Under the pieces are notes generated by a model. That model had not been told where the DNA came from. It searched no databases and worked only from the letters and a program-made list of their open reading frames with translations. Both the position numbers and the translations under genes were made by a program. From Fonticula alba ATCC 38817 (Eukaryota > Protista > Nucleariida), in the NCBI GenBank assembly GCA_000388065.2, contig KB932207.1: DNA of 13,339 nt; one strand, 5' to 3'. This document shows positions 9,502-13,339 of the stretch, piece after piece (position 1 is the first letter of the stretch; each line of letters starts with the position of its first letter).

Positions 9502-10866
9502 TCGCACCTCGGTGCACACCCACAGGTGCTGGTATGAAGCTGGGCAGTCGGTGCAGGTGAGCTTCGATGCGGCGGACACCTGGTGGAAGAGACGCTGCAG
9601 GTCGCCAAGCCGCTGGCGGAAGGAGTGGAAGTCCACCAGCGACAGGTGCGGGCAGATGTGCGACGCCACCTCGCGAGCGGCCGTATGCGACAGGTCATGG
9701 CTGGCGGCCAGCATGGCCAGGAAGGAAGTCGAGTGCAGTGAGCCGGGAAGCGGGCGGCCAGGGGACTCCGACCGATCGAGGGAACTCATGCGTGACAAGC
9801 GCCGGGCCGCTTGGCCACTTGTGCCCGACCGGGGAAACCGGGCAGCCGGCGAGGTAGGGCTACCGCCCTCCGGAAAGGGGTGGTGGAGGGGACCGGCGGT
9901 TGACAGGGCGACGCTCGACCGGCGGCTGCGACTCTGGGCGATGAGCGGCTCGAGCAGCGGGTCCGGTGGGTTGAGGAAAATCTCGCCGACAGAGGCCCCG
10001 GCATCGGGCGGCTTGGCGACCGGGCCAGGAACGGTCGAGGCGCCGGCAGCGGCCCCGACCACCGCCAGGGGGACATCTCCGACGGGGGGGGCAGCCCCAT
10101 CGGACGAAGGCCCGATCGGGGGAGCATCACCGGGGACGGGGGCAGTCAAGGCTGGCGGGTCCATCAGCGCCGCGGCCCCCGGGGCCATGGGGATCTGAAT
10201 GGACAAGGATCGAGAGCGAGCGCCGCGAGCGGGCGTGGGAACGTCGAAAGCCGGGGCCGCCGGGCCAACCGGCGGTGCGGCTGGAGGCTGAGGCACACTG
10301 CCGGCCGCAAGCTCCGACATCTGCCAGGGAACAACAGGGGCAGCCTCTCTCGGCACGGTGATCGGCAGATTGACAGCCGTGGGGGCCGGGACGATTGGAG
10401 TGGTCAAGGTGGTGGTGGCCGGAGGGGCGGTGGCCGGAGGGGCGGCGGCCGGCGACATGACCGAGGCGGCGGCCGGGGTGCTGGCTCCCGCGGTCGGGGA
10501 GATGAGTGCCGCCACAGCGGCATCGGTGGCCGCGGAGATGACGCGCGACAGCTCAACGATGTCCAAAGCCGGCGCGCCACCTGCCGACTGGGACCCGGGG
10601 GCACTGGCCGCCTGTAAGGCAGCCATCATGGCGGCGATCTTCACTTGGGAAATGAGTTCCTGGTTGATGGGCCCAGGTGAGGTGGCGGCGGTTGCGGTCA
10701 TCGGGGAGGCAGATGCCGCGACCACAGCACTGGCTGTGGCAGCGGCCGCCGCGAAGGCAGTCGCCTCGACGGGTGTAGCAGCCTCGCGGCTGGCCGGTGC
10801 CCGGGCGGTCTCGCCAGCGCCGGGACTCGGCGCCAGCGGGCCTGTCGTGGCCGTCGGTGTGTCCAT
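3160..10866 (-). CDS. USP20/USP33: USP20/USP33-like ubiquitin-specific protease (peptidase C19; ZnF-UBP + USP + 2x DUSP), probably catalytically inactive; join(complement(9508..10866,9237..9384,8651..9065,8444..8563,7436..8266,3160..7261)), 6975 nt, about 2324 aa
   Basis: Ordered USP20/33 motifs are visible in the translations: HICPHL...CTDC...LWVCTE/ADC...SCG...HALQH...HCIAV...VWCHIC (ZnF-UBP); GLVGL...NAILQAL (Cys box); EDAFLLLQLLLRSLHDDLK; SVVSDTFGG...CLGCKRVS...FFELNIP; LIDCLEEFF...CSGC...PEFFIIHLPRF; YDLVSMVTH; GHFVTYSRN...WYAFDN (His box); CILIYKR; and two DUSP signatures. GT-AG joins restore canonical motif spacing. Family assignment is from recalled sequences, not a database search. 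Exon boundaries are predicted. Confidence 0.88.
3220..3532 (-). other. DUSP domain 2
   Basis: LFILPMDWARHWLRHL...LGQINFASLL...LRPGLVLGRHYICVSHHLWLFLATVYG follows the DUSP pattern W..W...G.I.N...L.....DY..V...W..L...YG. Confidence 0.8.
3706..3756 (-). repeat. Coding trinucleotide repeat (GCG)12(GCC)5 encoding poly-Ala17
   Basis: Read in frame in exon 6. Confidence 0.95.
4027..4061 (-). repeat. Coding (AGC)n repeat encoding a poly-Ser tract
   Basis: Read in frame in exon 6. Confidence 0.9.
4249..4305 (-). repeat. His/Gln-rich coding repeat (HDHHHHHHQHQHQHHPHHH)
   Basis: Read in frame in exon 6. Confidence 0.9.
4471..5304 (-). other. DUSP domain 1, split by a long low-complexity insertion
   Basis: N-half WVLVPLRWFNLWK...PGQIDVRPLLCPHG and C-half VFVAVPPKVFAAFTAQWG resemble USP20/33 DUSP1. 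Confidence 0.65.
7262..7435 (-). other. Spliceosomal intron 5 (174 nt, phase 2)
   Basis: GTGCGT donor, pyrimidine-rich body, CTGAT branch-like motifs, TCCAG acceptor. Contains in-frame TAG (7426-7428) and TGA (7366-7368). Confidence 0.8.
7436..8266 (-). CDS. Coding exon 5: USP core (degenerate QQD box, SDTFGG, CLGC zinc knuckle)
   Basis: Acceptor CCTCGAAG|C gives WHVNR-PVISSQRLL, resembling WHKSRPGSVVPTTLF. Donor TTCAA|GTGCGT lies just before the ORF stop. Confidence 0.72.
8267..8443 (-). other. Spliceosomal intron 4 (177 nt, phase 2, stop-free and hidden inside the ORF)
   Basis: GTACGC donor, GCTGAC, long C/T tract, and no AG until CGAAG. Removal restores WH..R-P spacing. Confidence 0.65.
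8444..8563 (-). CDS. Coding exon 4: USP core (CDILVGFFKHAPGY...FVASYWHVNR)
   Basis: Acceptor CTTCGCAG|C and donor CG|GTACGC. Splicing gives LQALMACDILVGFF, resembling USP33-type LQALSNCPPLTQFF. Confidence 0.7.
8564..8650 (-). other. Spliceosomal intron 3 (87 nt, phase 2, stop-free and hidden inside the ORF)
   Basis: GTATGT donor, C/T tract, CCTGAC branch, TTCGCAG acceptor. Removal restores spacing after the Cys box. Confidence 0.75.
8651..9065 (-). CDS. Coding exon 3: ZnF-UBP end and the degenerate USP Cys box
   Basis: Acceptor CCACAG with branch-like CCTGAC about 25 nt upstream. Encodes HCIAVRLFDRTVWCHICAK and GLVGLSSTGKDSHFNAILQALM. Donor TG|GTATGT. Confidence 0.75.
9066..9236 (-). other. 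Spliceosomal intron 2 (171 nt, phase 1)
   Basis: GTCCGT donor, pyrimidine-rich body, CCTGAC branch, CCACAG acceptor. One in-frame TGA at 9091-9093. Confidence 0.62.
9237..9384 (-). CDS. Coding exon 2: ZnF-UBP middle (ADCMSISCGREVNNHALQHF...)
   Basis: Acceptor CATCACCAG|GCC gives E-ADCMSISCG, matching the USP33-type E-NRCSYVGCG. The 3' end at donor TCTG|GTCCGT is less certain; an alternative donor exists. Confidence 0.7.
9385..9507 (-). other. Spliceosomal intron 1 (123 nt, phase 0, contains TC microsatellite)
   Basis: GTGCGA...(TC)n...TTCTCAC...CACCAG. Removal restores ZnF-UBP spacing. Confidence 0.8.
9464..9498. repeat. (GA/TC)n microsatellite inside intron 1
   Basis: Seen directly in the sequence. 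Confidence 0.95.
9508..10866 (-). CDS. Coding exon 1: about 400-aa Ala/Pro/Ser-rich extension followed by the first half of ZnF-UBP
   Basis: ATG at 10866 opens an ORF ending in HICPHL...CTDCPASYQHLWVCTE, followed by donor GAG|GTGCGA and a (TC)n tract. 1359 nt, phase 0. Confidence 0.8.
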
Positions 10867-10868
10867 GC

Positions 10869-10961
10869 CTTCGTGCAGAGGACCGGGAGGGGAGGAGCGG
10901 TGAGCGAGGTCAGCAAGGCGACCAGAAGAGGAGCAAGGCGAAGGAGCGAGGAGGCACGCAC
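10869..10961 (-). other. Probable 5'-UTR intron (93 nt) ending 2 nt before the ATG
   Basis: CC|GTGCGT donor identical to that of intron 5, C/T-rich body, GCTGAC branch-like motif, and GCACGAAG|GCATG acceptor. Confidence 0.5.
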
Positions 10962-11156
10962 GGAAAGCCGGAAATACAGATCCACCAACCGTCGGGGGGG
11001 GGGGGGAGGCAGGAGGAGGCTTTCCGCGGGACGCGCGGCGATCGGCGCCCAGCAGGCAAAGGAGGGAGGGCAGTGGGAGAGGAGGAGGAGAGAGAGGGGG
11101 GGGAGGGGGGGCGCGGCCTCAGTGGGCGGCGGTGGGGGCGGCACCGGTGAGGCGAT

Positions 11157-11164
11157 CTATATAG
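11157..11164 (-). promoter_or_regulatory. Possible TATA-like element (CTATATAG) about 290 nt upstream of the USP ATG
   Basis: The only TATATA in a very GC-rich upstream region. It is palindromic, so strand is ambiguous, and it is an imperfect match to TATAWAWR. Confidence 0.3.
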
Positions 11165-11372
11165 GGGTGGGAGAGGACGGGGGTCCACCACTGGGCGTTT
11201 GACTCGAGGAGGGGGGTGGTGCTGACACAGTGGTTGCTGGGGGAGAACATCAGATCGGCGTCCTCGTGGAGACGAAGTGCTGCCGCTCGCTTGCGACGCG
11301 GATGGTGGTGATGGTGGTGGTGGTGGCGGAAGGACGGCTAGTGTGCGACGGGAAAAGCGGGCAAGGGGGGGG

Positions 11373-11507
11373 NNNNNNNNNNNNNNNNNNNNNNNNNNNN
11401 NNNNNNNNNNNNNNNNNNNNNNNNNNNNNNNNNNNNNNNNNNNNNNNNNNNNNNNNNNNNNNNNNNNNNNNNNNNNNNNNNNNNNNNNNNNNNNNNNNNN
11501 NNNNNNN
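11373..11507. other. Assembly gap (135 N) flanked by poly-G on both sides
   Basis: Seen directly in the sequence. Confidence 1.
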
Positions 11508-12013
11508 GGGGGGGGGCCTGTTCCGTGGCCCTCTCTCTTTCTGGGCCAGTCGGTGGACCCAGGTGCGTGCTGGCCGAGGGGGCGAGCGGAGGGGGAGAGA
11601 GAGGGACAAAAAGAGGGAGAGTGGGGGGGGGGCGAGGAACGCGAAAGATAGGGGGGAAGCAGATCGGCCTCTTTCGCATGGGCATGCCCACAGCCGGCCG
11701 CCGAGGGGCGCCGGCCCAAGGGGGGAGGTACCCGAAAGAGATGCATGCGCGCGTGTGGGAAAGCACCAACTATCCGCCCCCTGCTGGCCGTGGGCCCCAC
11801 GGGGAACGGGGGGGGCGTTAGCGTTACGCGCCGCGCGACGTTTGGACTAGCCCCCCGGGCCCGGGCCGGAGAGTCGCCCAGCCGCCAGTGCGGCGGCCAT
11901 CGGCGACTGTCCCCGGGCAGCCACCGGCTCCGCGCCACCGGGGCCGGACGTGCTTCTCGCCTGTTGCCCTGGCCGGGGGGGGGGGGGCGGGAGCTGGGGA
12001 GGCCGCGGAGAAC

Positions 12014-12034
12014 CGCGCGCGCGCGCGCGCGCGC
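12014..12034. repeat. (CG)10 alternating tract with Z-DNA potential
   Basis: Seen directly in the sequence. Confidence 0.9.
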
Positions 12035-13339
12035 CGCACAAAGCGCCACCCATCGGCCTGGCGGAGGATGACATGTCGGCCTCCGGGAGGCCAGGCGACA
12101 GACACAAGCGCGTACACCTATTCGTGCGCCGGGGCGCCGCCCCTCGGGGCCGCGCGGGGCCCGGCCTTGGATCCTCCAGGCCACCGTGGCTCCCCCCCCG
12201 GTCCCCTGCCTCGTCCCCTCGGCCAGCGGATCCGGCCACGGCCCGCGGCGGCGCTCGAGCCGCGACCGCCCCCCCCCCCCCCCCCGTGTCCAGGCGCCCC
12301 CCTGGGTCGAGGGCCCAGATTGCGCCAGCCTCGTAATACACCCGCGACCGTGACCCTGGCAGATCGGCCGAGCCGGAGAAACCCGGAAAAGAAAACACAA
12401 ACACCCTCTCCGTACGCCTCCCTCTCCCCGGGGGGGGGGGGGAAGCCGGAGGGCCGAGGCGCCTGGATGGCGGCCTGCGTGCGGAATGGGCCGCGATGGT
12501 GACAAGGCCATGCCCAAGAATGATGTCCGAGCACGGGCTGCGGCTGATGCGGGCGGCCCACAGCAAGCAGGGGGGGGGGGGGAGGGGGTGCGGAGGACAT
12601 TTAGTCGGACTAGGGCTCTGACGCCGGCTGTGCCTGCGGGCCGAAACGCAGGTCAGGCAAGAAAAAGCAGCGTGGTCGCCGACATCGGCGGAGATCACTC
12701 GTCACAACAAAAAAGAGGGGCCCCTGACCTGGAGAGCAGGGGCGCATGCATGGAGGCGGTTCCCGAACCCGCCCAAATACGTACATTCTTTCCCTCCCGG
12801 GGAGGACCTTCTCCTCCCCGGGCGCCGCCCCGACAGGGGGGAGTTGTGTGTGACAATGCCCCACCAGGGTGTGCAACGTGGGTCGAATCGCCGGCCGGCT
12901 GGCCACCGCCGCCGCCACCCCCTGCCGCCGGGGACGGGAGCATGATCGAGGACCGCACGCCGCCAGGGAGAACAAGGGCAGCCCGGGGGGGGGGGGATGT
13001 TCGGGGCCCCGGCGGACAACCGGCCCGCACCTCCGAGGGCGCGGAAGGGGGAAGGGGGCCCCGCGCCCCCGGGCCCCCCGCCCAGGAAGGAAAGATGAGT
13101 GGGTGCCGTCAACTCCAGCGCCACCGGGCCCGTTCTGAAGGAGCCGAGTGCAGAATGCTGCCCGTGGGCCGATCACGGGCATGGGTCAGCTGCCCCTCGG
13201 GCTCCGCATATGTTATTACCCACTTTCACGCGCACATCTGACATGTTGCTTGCTGGGACTTTTTCCTCCTTTCGGACATGTTAGTCATCCTGCTCCATGA
13301 GGAAGCGAGCTGGGGCCTGCTCCGTGAGGCGGGGGGGGG

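Larger units (their letters stand above)
8931..9660 (-). other. ZnF-UBP (BUZ) zinc finger domain spread over exons 1-3
   Basis: CPH...CxxC...WVC...C...CG...HxxxH...H...WCxxC ligand pattern. Confidence 0.85.

Noticed and set aside
3160-10866. Pseudogene interpretation because the catalytic Cys is missing
   Set aside because: There are no frameshifts or exonic stops over about 7 kb, and structural, zinc-ligand and His-box residues are retained.
12517-12536. C/D-box snoRNA-like ATGATG motif with a nearby CTGA
   Set aside because: The C box is imperfect, the spacing to CTGA is too short, and no terminal stem was seen.
10910-13241. Long ORFs in the right flank (10910-12517 minus; 12486-13241 plus)
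   Set aside because: Low-complexity Pro/Gly/Arg translations. One crosses a gap, and no domain or consistent splice structure was seen.

Overview
GC-rich eukaryotic genomic DNA with spliceosomal GT-AG introns, microsatellites and two 135-N assembly gaps. The style resembles an opisthokont protist such as Fonticula, but that is inference only. The window is dominated by one minus-strand gene (ATG 10866 to TAA 3160, six predicted coding exons, about 2324 aa). It has the USP20/USP33 deubiquitinase architecture: ZnF-UBP, peptidase C19/USP core and two DUSP domains, inflated by long low-complexity insertions. The most notable features are (1) the Cys box reads GLSSTGKDSHFN, so the catalytic Cys and oxyanion Asn are both Ser while the His and Asp remain, making it a candidate pseudo-DUB, and (2) all predicted introns are multiples of 3 nt, so the whole 7.7-kb locus lies in one reading frame with only three in-frame stops inside introns. 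The flanks (1-3159 and 10867-13339) look non-coding and are rich in simple repeats. No RNA genes, CRISPR arrays or mobile elements could be supported.
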